Shown: piece by piece, positions 53,668-63,003 of the stretch | Numbering within the stretch: position 1 is the first letter of the stretch | How the letters are laid out: each line of letters opens with the position of its first letter | Assembly: GCA_036503335.1 (NCBI GenBank) | Contig: DASXXC010000248.1 | Location: forward strand, 11,748 to 75,747 | DNA: 64,000 bases | From: Thermoanaerobaculia bacterium | GTDB taxonomy: Bacteria; Acidobacteriota; Thermoanaerobaculia; Multivoradales; UBA5704 | Reading direction: 5' to 3' | Notes under the pieces: generated by a model | The model's input: the letters and a program-made list of their open reading frames with translations, nothing else | What the model was told of the DNA's origin: nothing | Databases searched by the model: none | Position numbers and translations under genes: made by a program

Positions 53668-55501
53668 CCACCCCCGCCTTCCCCTCCAGCCACGCCGCCA
53701 GGTGGGCCTTCTGCTCCGGGGTGGCGTCGGGCCTCGCCTCCAGCGTCCAGCGATTCTTGGGCTTCTCCCCGAAGGTGACGGGAAGGCGCGTCAGGCGCTC
53801 CCGCCGCGCCACCAGCAGGGTGGCCTTCTCGCCGGGGCGGTAGTACTTGAGCCTCCCTTCCAGCCCCTCGGGCGGGACCCGGAAGTCGTCGATGGCGAGG
53901 ATCTCGTCGCCCACGTTGACGCCGGCCTCGTAGGCGGGGGTACCCCGCCGCACCGCGGTCACGGTGACCCGGCCGTCGCGGTTGCTCACGTCCATCCCCA
54001 GCCAGGCGGCGGGGAGCTCCTTGGGCTCGGCGTCCTTCTTTTCCGCCGGCTCGGGGGTGAAGCGGAGGCCGTACCAGTCGAGGGCCTCGGCGTAGTCGAG
54101 CTCCCCGGTGGTGTCCACGGACTTGCGGAGCCAGTCGCCGAGATCGGTCCCCGCCACCTCTCCGAAGGTCTTCCACAGCTCCTCGGGACGGTAGCCGCGC
54201 TCCCCCGAGTAGCGCTGGTATGCCAGGCGCATGGCGTCGTCCAGGCTCTTCCGGCCGCCCGTGGCGCGGCGGATGCGGGCGTCGAGCAGGAAGGCGACGA
54301 CCTCCCCCTTGGTGTAGTAGCTGATCGTGGTGTTGCCCGAATTCTCGGTCGGCCGGTATTGCTTGATCCAGGCGTCGAAGGAGGACTCGTCGAGCGGCTG
54401 GACCTGGCGGCCCGGCGTGGTCTGGAGCGTCTCGATCGATTTGCTCAAGGCTTTCAGGTACTCCTTGACGGTCGAGAAGCCCGCCCGGTGCACCATGAGG
54501 CCGCCGTAGTAGGAGGTGAAGCCCTCGACCACCCAGAGGCTGCGGGTGTAGACCTCCCGCTCGTAGTCGAAGGGCCCGAGCTCGACCGGGCGCAGCCGCT
54601 TGCCGTTCCAGGCGTGGAAGAATTCGTGGCTGACCAGGCCCAGCCAGTCGAGGTACCCCTCGCGGGTGCGGGTGCGCCAGCGGCTGCTCATCAGGGTGCA
54701 GGCGCTCTTGTGCTCCAGGCCGCCGCCGTTCTCGGTGAGCAGGTTGAAGATCACGTAGCGCGGATAGGGGGCGACGCCCCAGAAGTCGACCTCGGCCTGG
54801 ACGATCTTCCGCGCGTCCGCCGCCGAGCGGGGGCCGTCCCACACCCCGTCCTCCCCCTCGTTGACCAGGAGATGGGGCTTGCCCGCGACCTCGAAGGGGT
54901 AGGTGCGCGCGTTGCCGGCATAGAGGGGGGAGTCGACCAGGGTGTCGAAATCCTCGGCCACCCAGGCGTGCTCGCCCCCTCCCGGCAGGGGTGAAAGCGG
55001 GCTGGCCGAGACCTTCCAGGCGGCCGGCAGCTCGAGCCGGACCTCATGCGGGCGTTTACCATCCTCGGCCAGGGTGAGGAAGGTGGCGGCGCCGTTGAGC
55101 AGCGCGAAGCTGGAATCGACGAAGTTGGTCCGCACCGACATCTCCCGGGAGTAGACCCGGTAGCGGACGACGATCCGAGGGGCCCGCCGCGTTTCGACGC
55201 GCCAGCGGTTCTTGACGGTCTTCTCGACCGGCAGCGGCTCGCCGGTTTCGGTGGCGGCCGAGACCGCCTCCACGGTGCGGGCGTACTCCCGCAGGATATA
55301 GGAGCCGGGGGTCCAGACGGCCATCATCAGCTCGACCTCGGGTCGGCCGCTGGTGGGGACCCGCGCCTCGACCTCGACGTAATGGGTCTGGGGGGCCGGG
55401 AAACGCAGGGTGTAGGCGATCGGCTCGGGCATCTGGGCTCCCAGAAGGCTCGCGCTGGAGAGCGCCAGCGCCAGGACCAGGGGTGTCGTCTTTTTCAGCA
55501 T
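53633..55501 (-). CDS. M61 family glycyl aminopeptidase with C-terminal PDZ domain (secreted)
   Basis: Signal peptide, HEFFHAW zinc motif, and a PDZ-like block (GTPAYEAGVNVGDEILAID). Confidence 0.92.
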   Translation of the reverse strand: MLKKTTPLVLALALSSASLLGAQMPEPIAYTLRFPAPQTHYVEVEARVPTSGRPEVELMMAVWTPGSYILREYARTVEAVSAATETGEPLPVEKTVKNRWRVETRRAPRIVVRYRVYSREMSVRTNFVDSSFALLNGAATFLTLAEDGKRPHEVRLELPAAWKVSASPLSPLPGGGEHAWVAEDFDTLVDSPLYAGNARTYPFEVAGKPHLLVNEGEDGVWDGPRSAADARKIVQAEVDFWGVAPYPRYVIFNLLTENGGGLEHKSACTLMSSRWRTRTREGYLDWLGLVSHEFFHAWNGKRLRPVELGPFDYEREVYTRSLWVVEGFTSYYGGLMVHRAGFSTVKEYLKALSKSIETLQTTPGRQVQPLDESSFDAWIKQYRPTENSGNTTISYYTKGEVVAFLLDARIRRATGGRKSLDDAMRLAYQRYSGERGYRPEELWKTFGEVAGTDLGDWLRKSVDTTGELDYAEALDWYGLRFTPEPAEKKDAEPKELPAAWLGMDVSNRDGRVTVTAVRRGTPAYEAGVNVGDEILAIDDFRVPPEGLEGRLKYYRPGEKATLLVARRERLTRLPVTFGEKPKNRWTLEARPDATPEQKAHLAAWLEGKAGVVKEEKKAVTVQ

Positions 55502-55524
55502 CGGGCGTCAACTATACTTCGGCC

Positions 55525-56655
55525 ATGGAGACGGCGGCCCCCCACGCGCTCGATCTGGCCTCGGCCTTCGGCGACCTTCCTCCCGGGGATCTGGAGGCGG
55601 CGCTGCGCGAATCTCCGGTCGAGGGGCTGCCCGAGATCCGGTGGCGCTGGCGGGAGCGGCAGCGCCGTGGGGTCCCCGGCGGGGTGCCTTCCAGCCTCCC
55701 CCTGGTGACCGCGGGCTTGAGCCACGGCATCTCCCTGCTGGCCGACCTTTTCGGCGGCGAGGGGAAGGCGGTGGCGGTCCCCGCCCCGTTCTGGGGGAAC
55801 TACCGCCAGGCGTTCGCCCTGCGCACGGGGGCGAGGGTGCTTGAGGGCCCCGCCTATGTGGACGGGCGGTACAACCCGCGGGCGATCGCGGACGCGCTGG
55901 CGGGATTGCCGGAGGGGGAGCCCGCCGTGGGGATGCTGAACATCCCCTCGAACCCCGGCAGCTACACGCCGGACCGCCAGGAGCGCCGGGCCACCCTCGA
56001 ATCGCTGCTCGCCGAGGCCGATCGCCGGCCGCTGGTGATCGTCTGCGACGATGCCTACGCCGGGCTGGTCTTCGAGCCGGAGATCTCCCGCGAGTCGCTG
56101 TTCTGGGATCTCGCCGGGGCGCACCCCAATCTGCTGGCGGTGAAGGTCGACGGCGCCACCAAGGAGCTCTCCTTCTTCGGCGGCCGGCTCGGTTTCCTCA
56201 CCTTCGGCGCCGGGCCGGAGTCGGAGCTGGTCCGGGACCTCGAGGCCAGAGTGAGGATGCTGGTGCGCACGGAGCTGGGCTCGCCGCCCGCCGTGAGCCA
56301 GGTGATCGCCCTCCAGGCCTTGCGGAGCCCCACGGCCGATCAGGAGGTCGAGGCGGTGCGCCTCCTCCTCGAAGGGCGCTACCGGGTGCTGAAGCGGGCG
56401 CTCGCCGGGGTCGACCCCGGCCTCCTGACGGTGCTCCCCTTCAACTCCGGCTGCTTCGCCCTGGTGGAGATCCCCGAGCGGCTCGGGATCGACGCCCAGA
56501 CCGCCCGCCGCCACCTGCTGGCCCACCAGGATACCGGCCTGGTCTCGATCGCTCCGCGCTACCTGCGGATCGCCCACTGCTCGGTGGAGGAGTCGGCGAT
56601 CCCGGAGCTGGTGCGGCGGGTGGAGGCGGGGGTCCGGGAGCTGGCTAGGCCTTGA
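55525..56655 (+). CDS. PLP-dependent aminotransferase (class I/II)
   Basis: Start at ATG 55525. NPGSYTP, DDAYAGLVF, and the lysine block GATKELSFFGGRLGF. Confidence 0.85.
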   Translation: METAAPHALDLASAFGDLPPGDLEAALRESPVEGLPEIRWRWRERQRRGVPGGVPSSLPLVTAGLSHGISLLADLFGGEGKAVAVPAPFWGNYRQAFALRTGARVLEGPAYVDGRYNPRAIADALAGLPEGEPAVGMLNIPSNPGSYTPDRQERRATLESLLAEADRRPLVIVCDDAYAGLVFEPEISRESLFWDLAGAHPNLLAVKVDGATKELSFFGGRLGFLTFGAGPESELVRDLEARVRMLVRTELGSPPAVSQVIALQALRSPTADQEVEAVRLLLEGRYRVLKRALAGVDPGLLTVLPFNSGCFALVEIPERLGIDAQTARRHLLAHQDTGLVSIAPRYLRIAHCSVEESAIPELVRRVEAGVRELARP

Positions 56656-57526
56656 TCCGCTCCCCGTTCTCGTTGTACGTGTAGACCCCCCGCCCCACCT
56701 TGCGTCCCAGCCGGCCGGCGCGGACGTGCTGGACGAGGATCTGATTGGGCCGGTAGGCCTCCCCCAGGCTGCGGTGGAGGAACTCGAGGATCGACAGGCG
56801 GACGTCGAGGCCCACCAGGTCGACCATCTCGAAGGGGCCCATCGGGTGGTTGAGGCCGAGCTTCAGCGCCTTGTCGATGTCCTCGGCGCTCGCCACCCCC
56901 TCCTGGAGCATGCGGAAGGCCTCGTTGCCGATGAGGGCGTTGATGCGGCTGGTGACGAACCCCGGGGCCTCGTTCACCACCACGATCTCCTTGCCCATCC
57001 GCTCGCCCACGGCCCGCAGCGCGTCGATCGTCTCCTGGGAGGTCTCCAGCCCCCGGATCAGCTCGATCAGCTTCATCACGTGGACGGGGTTGAAGAAGTG
57101 CATTCCCGCGAAGCGCTCGGGGCGGCCCGTGGCGGCGGCCATCTCGGTGATCGAGAGGGCCGAGGTGTTGCTGGCGAACAGGGCATGCTCCGGAGCGTGC
57201 AGGGCCACCGAGCGGAAGGTCTCGATCTTGAGCTGGATGCTCTCCGGCACCGATTCGATGACCAGGTCGGCCCTCTCCACGGCGTCGAGCAGGTTGTCGT
57301 AGAGGCCCAGGGACTGCCGGGCCCGCTCCGCCACCTGGGGGTCGACCTTCTTCAGCTCGACCCCCTTGGCGAGGTTCTTGTGGATGCTCGCCTCGGCCTT
57401 CTTCAGGGCCTCGGCGCTGGTGTCGTAGAGATGCGTCTGGTATCCGGCCTGGGCGCAGACGTGGGCGATGCCGCGCCCCATCGTGCCCGCGCCCAGCACG
57501 GCGATCGTCGAGATCTGGTTTTCCAT
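56645..57526 (-). CDS. hbd: 3-hydroxyacyl/3-hydroxybutyryl-CoA dehydrogenase
   Basis: Start at ATG 57526 (MENQISTIAVLGAGTMGRGIA). Contains NTSALSI and HFFNPV. The ORF-track N-terminal 151 aa is a shadow extension. Confidence 0.93.
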   Translation of the reverse strand: MENQISTIAVLGAGTMGRGIAHVCAQAGYQTHLYDTSAEALKKAEASIHKNLAKGVELKKVDPQVAERARQSLGLYDNLLDAVERADLVIESVPESIQLKIETFRSVALHAPEHALFASNTSALSITEMAAATGRPERFAGMHFFNPVHVMKLIELIRGLETSQETIDALRAVGERMGKEIVVVNEAPGFVTSRINALIGNEAFRMLQEGVASAEDIDKALKLGLNHPMGPFEMVDLVGLDVRLSILEFLHRSLGEAYRPNQILVQHVRAGRLGRKVGRGVYTYNENGERIKA

Positions 57527-57540
57527 GGTCCTTTTGCGTC

Positions 57541-58200
57541 TCAGGAGACGGGAATGTTGTGGACGCCGGTCGTCTTGGCGGCCAGGTTGCGGAGCTCGTC
57601 CGCGATCGCCAGCGTGTTGCGCACGGCGGAGGCGGTGAGCTCCTGGAGCTCGGGGGTGGTGGCGTACTTTTCCAGGATCTCCCGGCCGAGCAGGTGGTGG
57701 TGGTGCTCCTCGGGCTGGATGACGTCCGAGTAGAGCCGGGCCGTGCCGGCGTCCCCCACCGACAGGCAGAACCTCACGAACTGGGCATTGCGTACGGTGG
57801 CGATCGCCTCGCTGGTGAAGACCCCGGCGGCGATCCGCTCGACCGTGGTGCGCAGGCCGCGCAGGTACTGGTAGAGCGGGCTGTGGCCCTCGGCGTGAGG
57901 ATCGAAGCCGGCGAGGTCCTCGCCGAGCTCGGCCAGGCGCTGGCTGATCAGGCCGTAGTGCTTCATCTCGTCGCCGCACTGGAGGGCGAGGGCCATCTTG
58001 GCGTCCACCTCCGGGGTGGTGGGGAGCCAGAAGCCGGCGAGCTCGCTCGCCTCGATCTCGCTCTTCAGGGCGAGCCGGAGCAGGGTGACCACGTCCACCT
58101 GGCCCTCGGACTCCGACTCCAGCGTATCGGTCTCGCCGAGCCGCGCGAAGAGCTGGTCCATCTCCTCGACCAGGCGCGCGACGAATTCCTTGCTCGTCAT
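57541..58200 (-). CDS. ferritin-like (di-iron) domain protein
   Basis: Start at ATG 58200, preceded by GGAGGAGGG. Two ExxH-type motifs are present (GDEMKHY; PEEHHHH). Confidence 0.7.
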   Translation of the reverse strand: MTSKEFVARLVEEMDQLFARLGETDTLESESEGQVDVVTLLRLALKSEIEASELAGFWLPTTPEVDAKMALALQCGDEMKHYGLISQRLAELGEDLAGFDPHAEGHSPLYQYLRGLRTTVERIAAGVFTSEAIATVRNAQFVRFCLSVGDAGTARLYSDVIQPEEHHHHLLGREILEKYATTPELQELTASAVRNTLAIADELRNLAAKTTGVHNIPVS

Positions 58201-58243
58201 GGGAAAGCCCTCCTCCAAATCGATCACTATTCTATCCCGCGCC

Positions 58244-58867
58244 TCAGGCTTCGAGGGTCCGCAGCACGGCCCGCACCGGCGAGGCGTCGAGCCCGGCCAT
58301 GCGGAGCGGCAGGGCGATCAGCTCGTAGACCCCCTCCGGCACGCCGTCGAGCACCAGCCCCTCCAGGATGGCGACGCCGCCGCGGAACAGGGCGTGGTGG
58401 GCGTCGAGCGTCTTGCTGTCGAAGGGGTCGACCGAGGGGGTGTCCATGCCCACCAGGAGGACCCCTTTCTCGGCCAGCAGGGCCGCGACCTCGGGGGAGA
58501 GGGCGGTGAACCGCTCCGGGAAGCTCTTGCGGTCGCGCACGCTCTCGCTCTTGAACAGGATCCGCCGGGGGTTGGTGAGGTCGATCCCCTCCAGATGGCG
58601 CGGCTCGATCAGCGGCTGCGGCGGCACCTTCACCACCCGGCAGGGACCGAGATAGCGGTCGAGCGGCATCTCGGCCATCCCCTCCCCCCGCGGCTCGGTG
58701 TGGAACGGGGCGTCGGCGTGCGACCCCAGGTGCGGGGTGGTGGTGATCGACGAGAGATTGACGCTGGCCCCTTCGGCGATCGACCAGCTGAGATGGGTCT
58801 GGAACTGGGTATCCCCCGGCCAGACCGGAGTCTCCGGGCGGATGGTAGGCGAGAGGTCATAGAGCAT
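58244..58867 (-). CDS. cyclase-family protein / kynurenine formamidase-like
   Basis: Start at ATG 58867, preceded by AAGGAGG. Contains the HxGxHxDxPxH motif (PHLGSHADAPFH). Confidence 0.85.
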   Translation of the reverse strand: MLYDLSPTIRPETPVWPGDTQFQTHLSWSIAEGASVNLSSITTTPHLGSHADAPFHTEPRGEGMAEMPLDRYLGPCRVVKVPPQPLIEPRHLEGIDLTNPRRILFKSESVRDRKSFPERFTALSPEVAALLAEKGVLLVGMDTPSVDPFDSKTLDAHHALFRGGVAILEGLVLDGVPEGVYELIALPLRMAGLDASPVRAVLRTLEA

Positions 58868-58942
58868 GAGCGCCCTCCTTGCCCCTCGCATCATAAGCGA
58901 ATCTCCCCCTCTCCACGCCTGGAGAAGGGGAGAGGGGTGAGG

Positions 58943-59371
58943 CTACTGCGAGATCTTCTCCACCACCCGGCTGACCTCCGGCGAGGTGCCCAGCGCGCGG
59001 GCGAGGTCGGCCTGGGCGACGATGCCGACGACGCGGTCCTGGCCGTCGACCACGGGGACCCGGCGCACCTGCTGGCCGGTCATCACGCGCTCGACCGCCT
59101 TGAGATCGTCGTCCACCTTCACCGAGGTGATGTTCTTGGTCATCGCCTCGCGGACGGGGGTGTTGGAGTCCAGGCCCCGGCCGAGGACGCGGAGGGCGAG
59201 GTCGCGGTCGGTCACCATCCCGACCAGCTTCATCGAGTCGCGGCTCTCGACCACGGGGAGGCTCCCGCAGTCGTTGTCCTGCATCAATCGGGCGGCTTCC
59301 TGGGAGCTGGTCTGCGGGGTGCAGACCGCCGGGCTGCCGGTCATCAGGTCGCGGGCGTTGGTTGACGGCAT
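58943..59371 (-). CDS. CBS-pair domain protein
   Basis: Start at ATG 59371, preceded by GGAGA. Two CBS motifs are present (LVGMVTDRDL; VVGIVAQADL). Confidence 0.85.
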   Translation of the reverse strand: MPSTNARDLMTGSPAVCTPQTSSQEAARLMQDNDCGSLPVVESRDSMKLVGMVTDRDLALRVLGRGLDSNTPVREAMTKNITSVKVDDDLKAVERVMTGQQVRRVPVVDGQDRVVGIVAQADLARALGTSPEVSRVVEKISQ

Positions 59372-59405
59372 ATTTTTCTCCTTCCCGAAAGGGTTGCTAT
59401 TGGGC

Positions 59406-59777
59406 TCAGACGGTGGCGTGGGCCGCGCCCACATGGGCGTACGACTCCACTTCCGCCGCCGGCTCGTCCTTGGGCCGGGTGACCTCCTCGGAGACGATGT
59501 AGTGGACCCGGCTCGCCGGGATCAGGAACGTGCGGCTGCCGCTCTTGACCTTGATGGGGTTGTTCTTCTCCAGGTCCTTGCTGATGTCCTTGAGGGCGGT
59601 CTTGGCCTCGTCCTCGGTCTCGAAAAAGCCGTAATTCAGGCGGTCGAAGGCCGGGGGCGCCGTGACGCCCGAGGCCGCGCCGGGGGTGAGCACGGGGTCG
59701 TGGCGGTTCTCCCGGGTCTCCAGGCCGCTCGGGACGTGCTCGCGGTCCACCAGCCAGATCATCACGCTGTAGGGCAT
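59406..59777 (-). CDS. hypothetical protein
   Basis: 123-aa ORF with a strong RBS (AAGGAGGAAGCG-ATG) and non-shadow composition. No family recognised. Confidence 0.55.
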   Translation of the reverse strand: MPYSVMIWLVDREHVPSGLETRENRHDPVLTPGAASGVTAPPAFDRLNYGFFETEDEAKTALKDISKDLEKNNPIKVKSGSRTFLIPASRVHYIVSEEVTRPKDEPAAEVESYAHVGAAHATV

Positions 59778-59917
59778 CGCTTCCTCCTTGCTGAGGGATG
59801 CCTCCGCGAGGCACCCGGTGCCCCAGGGCTACTGCAAGATCGCTACCGGCCGCCGCCGGAGGCCCCCTGGTGTAGGATAGGGGGCCGTTCGACAGGACCG
59901 GATTAAGGAGCCGATTC

Positions 59918-60559
59918 ATGAGCCAGGAGCCCGAAGTGATCGTCCCCGGGCACATTCCGCCGATCGCGATGACCGATCTGGACGACGCCCAGCAGAACAA
60001 GGTCGCCGCGATCGCCCACCACGTGCGCGGGATTCTGACGGCGCTCGGGCTGGATCTGAAAGATCCCAACCTCGCCGAGACCGACCTGCGGGTCGCCAAG
60101 ATGTACATCGAGATGTTCGGCGGGCTGGCCGAGGGGGCGGAGCCGAAGGTGACCACCTTCCCGAACGAGGAAGGCTACAGCCACATGGTGATGGAGAAGG
60201 AGATCCCTTTTTACTCCATGTGCGCCCACCACCTGGTGCCGTTCTACGGGCACGCCCACATCGCCTACATCCCGCGCGAGCGCATCCTCGGGCTCTCCAA
60301 GTTCGCCCGCATCCTGGAGTTCTACGCCAAGCGGCCGCAGCTCCAGGAGCGGCTGACCGAGCAGGTGGTGACCTACCTGGAGGAGAAGCTCCAGCCGCTC
60401 GGCGCCATGGTCGTCATCGAGGCCCGGCACCTCTGCGTCGAGATGCGCGGCGTCAAGAAGCCCGGGGCCCTCACCGTGACCTCGGCCCTCCGCGGCATCT
60501 TCCACCAGAAGCAGGTGCGCGAGGAGTTCCTCGACCTGCTCCGCCATCATGGCCATTAG
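59918..60559 (+). CDS. folE: GTP cyclohydrolase I
   Basis: FYSMCAHHLVPFYGHAHIAYIP, LQERLT and IEARHLCVEMRGV. Confidence 0.96.
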   Translation: MSQEPEVIVPGHIPPIAMTDLDDAQQNKVAAIAHHVRGILTALGLDLKDPNLAETDLRVAKMYIEMFGGLAEGAEPKVTTFPNEEGYSHMVMEKEIPFYSMCAHHLVPFYGHAHIAYIPRERILGLSKFARILEFYAKRPQLQERLTEQVVTYLEEKLQPLGAMVVIEARHLCVEMRGVKKPGALTVTSALRGIFHQKQVREEFLDLLRHHGH

Positions 60560-60572
60560 GATGGCCATCAGG

Positions 60573-61172
60573 ATGGATAAACGCGGCCCGCTCCTCCTGC
60601 TGCTGCTCCTCCTCCTCGCCGCCGGCTGCGGCGGCGGGGGGACCACGGTCCCCTCCCGCTCCCGGGCGGAGCTGATCAATCCCGCCCTGGGGCCGGACTA
60701 CTCCGCCTGGATGGTGGGGGCCGCCTCGCGCCTCGCCACCCCCGAGGAGATCAACGAGTTCCTGACCCTCAAGGACGACCAGCAGGCGGAGGCCTTCGTC
60801 GACCGCTTCTGGCAGAAGCACAACCCGACCCCCGGCAAGCCGGCCAACCCGCTCCGCCAGGAATTCGAGAAGCGCTCCGAGAACGCCGACCGCCAGTTCA
60901 GCGAGGCCGGCCTGCTCGGCCGCCGCAGCGACCGCGGCACCATCTACGTGCTCTACGGGCTGCCGAAGAAGATCGACCACGAGGTGTCCCCCGTCCCCAA
61001 CGGTCCCCCCCTGGAGGTCTGGATCTACGGCACGGACGCCCCCTCCGGGCTCGACGGCAAGCGGCCGTCCCCCCTCTACCGCTTCGTGAAGAACGGCGAC
61101 GTGACGGTGCTCTACCAGGGCCGCGCGACCGCCGTCCCGCTCCTCCCACCGGGAGAGGGGCCTCCTCAGTAG
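60573..61172 (+). CDS. GWxTD-domain lipoprotein
   Basis: Lipobox LLAAGC. FW..HNP and NPLRQEFEKR..ADRQF are followed by a degenerate GWxTD block (GRRSDRGTIYVLYGLP). In-frame ATGs also occur at 60549 and 60561. Confidence 0.75.
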   Translation: MDKRGPLLLLLLLLLAAGCGGGGTTVPSRSRAELINPALGPDYSAWMVGAASRLATPEEINEFLTLKDDQQAEAFVDRFWQKHNPTPGKPANPLRQEFEKRSENADRQFSEAGLLGRRSDRGTIYVLYGLPKKIDHEVSPVPNGPPLEVWIYGTDAPSGLDGKRPSPLYRFVKNGDVTVLYQGRATAVPLLPPGEGPPQ

Positions 61173-61195
61173 CGCCTGACAGGAGAACTGTTGCG

Positions 61196-62266
61196 ATGAC
61201 CCAAGCTCGTGCCGTGCTCGCGGGGACCGGAGTCTGCGTTCCGCCGCTGAAGGTCGACAATCCGATGCTCTCCCGCATCATCGAGACCAGCGACGACTGG
61301 GTCCGGGAGCGCAGCGGCATCGTGACCCGCTACTACGTCGAGCGCGGGGTGGCCTCCTCCGATCTCGGAGCCGAGGCGGCGCGGGCGGCCCTCGCGGACG
61401 CCGGGGCCGGCGTGGAGGAGGTGGACTACCTCGTCTGCGCCACCATGACCCCGGACCACTACTTCCCCGGCACCGGCACCCTGATCCAGCAGAAGCTGGG
61501 GCTGCGGCCCCTGCCGGCGCTCGACATCCGCCAGCAGTGCGCCGGCTTCGCCTACGGCCTGCAGGTGGTCGACGCTCTGATCCGCGGCGGCGCCGCGCGC
61601 ACCGTGCTGCTGGTCGGCACCGACGTCCACACCTCCCTGATGCCCTTCTCCGACCGTACCTTCGAGGTGCTGCACGGCCGCGACCCCGGCCCCCTCTCGG
61701 ACGAGGATTTTCAGTGGAACTCCAAGTTCCGGCACCTCCTGGTGCTGTTCGGCGACGCCGCGGGGGCGATGGTCTTCCGGGCGCAGGAGGACGACGGCCG
61801 GGGGATCCTCGCCTCGGCCCTCTATGGCGACGGCAACCACCGGGACATCCTCTACGTCCCCGGCGGTGGCTCGGCGCGGCGTCCGTTCGTCAGCTGCGAC
61901 ATGATCCAGGCGGCGGACACGGTGCCGAAGATGGACGGCAAGGCGGTCTTCAAGCTCGCCGTCACCCGCATGCCGGAGGTCACCCAGGAGGTGCTCCAGC
62001 GCTGCGGCTACACCCTGAAGGACCTGGACCTCGTGATCATGCACCAGGCCAACCTGCGCATCAACGAGAAGGCGCAGCAGATCATGGGCCTGCCGGACTC
62101 CAAGGTCTTCAACAACATCCAGAAGTACGGCAACACCACCTCCGCCACCCTGCCGCTCGCCTTCCACGAGGCGCGCCAGGCGGGGATGGCGCCGGAGGGC
62201 TCCCTCGTCGCCTTCACCGCCCTCGGCGCCGGTCTCCACTGGGGGTCGGTGCTGATGCGGGTGTGA
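61196..62266 (+). CDS. fabH: 3-oxoacyl-ACP synthase III (KAS III) with ~30-aa internal insertion
   Basis: Catalytic Cys (RQQCAGFAYG), His (MHQANLRI) and Asn (KYGNTTSATLP). It is 356 aa versus ~320 for typical FabH. Confidence 0.9.
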   Translation: MTQARAVLAGTGVCVPPLKVDNPMLSRIIETSDDWVRERSGIVTRYYVERGVASSDLGAEAARAALADAGAGVEEVDYLVCATMTPDHYFPGTGTLIQQKLGLRPLPALDIRQQCAGFAYGLQVVDALIRGGAARTVLLVGTDVHTSLMPFSDRTFEVLHGRDPGPLSDEDFQWNSKFRHLLVLFGDAAGAMVFRAQEDDGRGILASALYGDGNHRDILYVPGGGSARRPFVSCDMIQAADTVPKMDGKAVFKLAVTRMPEVTQEVLQRCGYTLKDLDLVIMHQANLRINEKAQQIMGLPDSKVFNNIQKYGNTTSATLPLAFHEARQAGMAPEGSLVAFTALGAGLHWGSVLMRV

Positions 62267-62289
62267 TCTCGGAATCGAAAGGAGCCGCC

Positions 62290-62466
62290 ATGGAGAGGAG
62301 CGCCAGGAAGCAGACCGTCATACCCTTGGTCATGAGCATGTTCGCCCTGTTCTTCTTTTTCCGCACGCCGGGCGCCGACACGGTGCGGTGGGTCCAGATC
62401 CTCCTCCTCTTCGTGGCCGGCATGCTCTCGGGCGTCGCTCTGGCCGGCTTTCTCAGGCGGGGCTGA
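62290..62466 (+). CDS. small two-helix membrane protein (hypothetical)
   Basis: ATG 62290 follows AAGGAG. 58 aa with two hydrophobic stretches (VIPLVMSMFALFFFF; ILLLFVAGMLSGVALAGF). Confidence 0.5.
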   Translation: MERSARKQTVIPLVMSMFALFFFFRTPGADTVRWVQILLLFVAGMLSGVALAGFLRRG

Positions 62467-62548
62467 TACAGGTGAAGGTCTACTTCAGGAGCAGGTGAAG
62501 GCGGTCGAGGAGATCTGAGTCTTCGGCCGTGAGGAGACGCTAAACGCC

Positions 62549-62797
62549 ATGAAGTCTGTCGCCCTCACAGAAGCCAAGACCCAACTCTCTTCACTGGTCG
62601 ACGAAGTCCGTGCCTCCGGAGAGCCGATCGAGATCCGCGAACGGGGGGAGCCTGCTGCCTATCTCGTGGAAGTGGAGACGTTCAAACGTCTCAGGGAAAT
62701 TGAGGACAGTGTCCGGACCGAGCAGTTGCGCAGAGACCTCGAAGGCCCAAAATACGACCTGGAAAATGTCTTGGCGAAGCTCGGTCTTTATCCCTAG
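62549..62797 (+). CDS. type II antitoxin, Phd/YefM family
   Basis: MKSVALTEAKTQLSSLVDEV..GEPIEIRERGEPAAYLV..ETFKRL. RBS GAGGAGA. Local GC is lower. Confidence 0.85.
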   Translation: MKSVALTEAKTQLSSLVDEVRASGEPIEIRERGEPAAYLVEVETFKRLREIEDSVRTEQLRRDLEGPKYDLENVLAKLGLYP

Positions 62798-62804
62798 GGC
62801 CTCG

Positions 62805-62905
62805 GTGCTCAAGCTCGATGTTCCCGATGTTCCCGGAGGCCGCATCTGGGATCGCCCGGATTGGACTCTGGTCTATCAAGTCGACGATCAGGCTGAAACG
62901 GGTGG
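62805..62905 (+). pseudogene. decayed RelE/ParE-like toxin remnant (C-terminal half only, frameshifted)
   Basis: Frame 3 reads VLKLDVPDVPGGRIWDRPDWTLVYQVDDQAET, resembling the xYRxxYxVDDxxxxVxVxxIxHR end of RelE/ParE. The matching tail ..ETVDVSRIERLL* is found 517 bp downstream at 63411-63450. Confidence 0.3.
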
Positions 62906-62936
62906 ATGTCAGCAGAATCGAGAGGCGCCCATAATC
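62893..62936 (+). repeat. direct repeat copy A (decayed gene-junction copy)
   Basis: ctgaaacgggtggatgtcagcagaatcgagaggcgcccataatc is ~80% identical to 63410-63452, with one 1-nt indel. Confidence 0.7.
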
Positions 62937-63003
62937 CTGTCCCTTTCATGCCCTCAAAGAGGATGTGAGGCCCTCGGCAGAGCCGAAAGCCTCGTCCGTT
63001 CAG

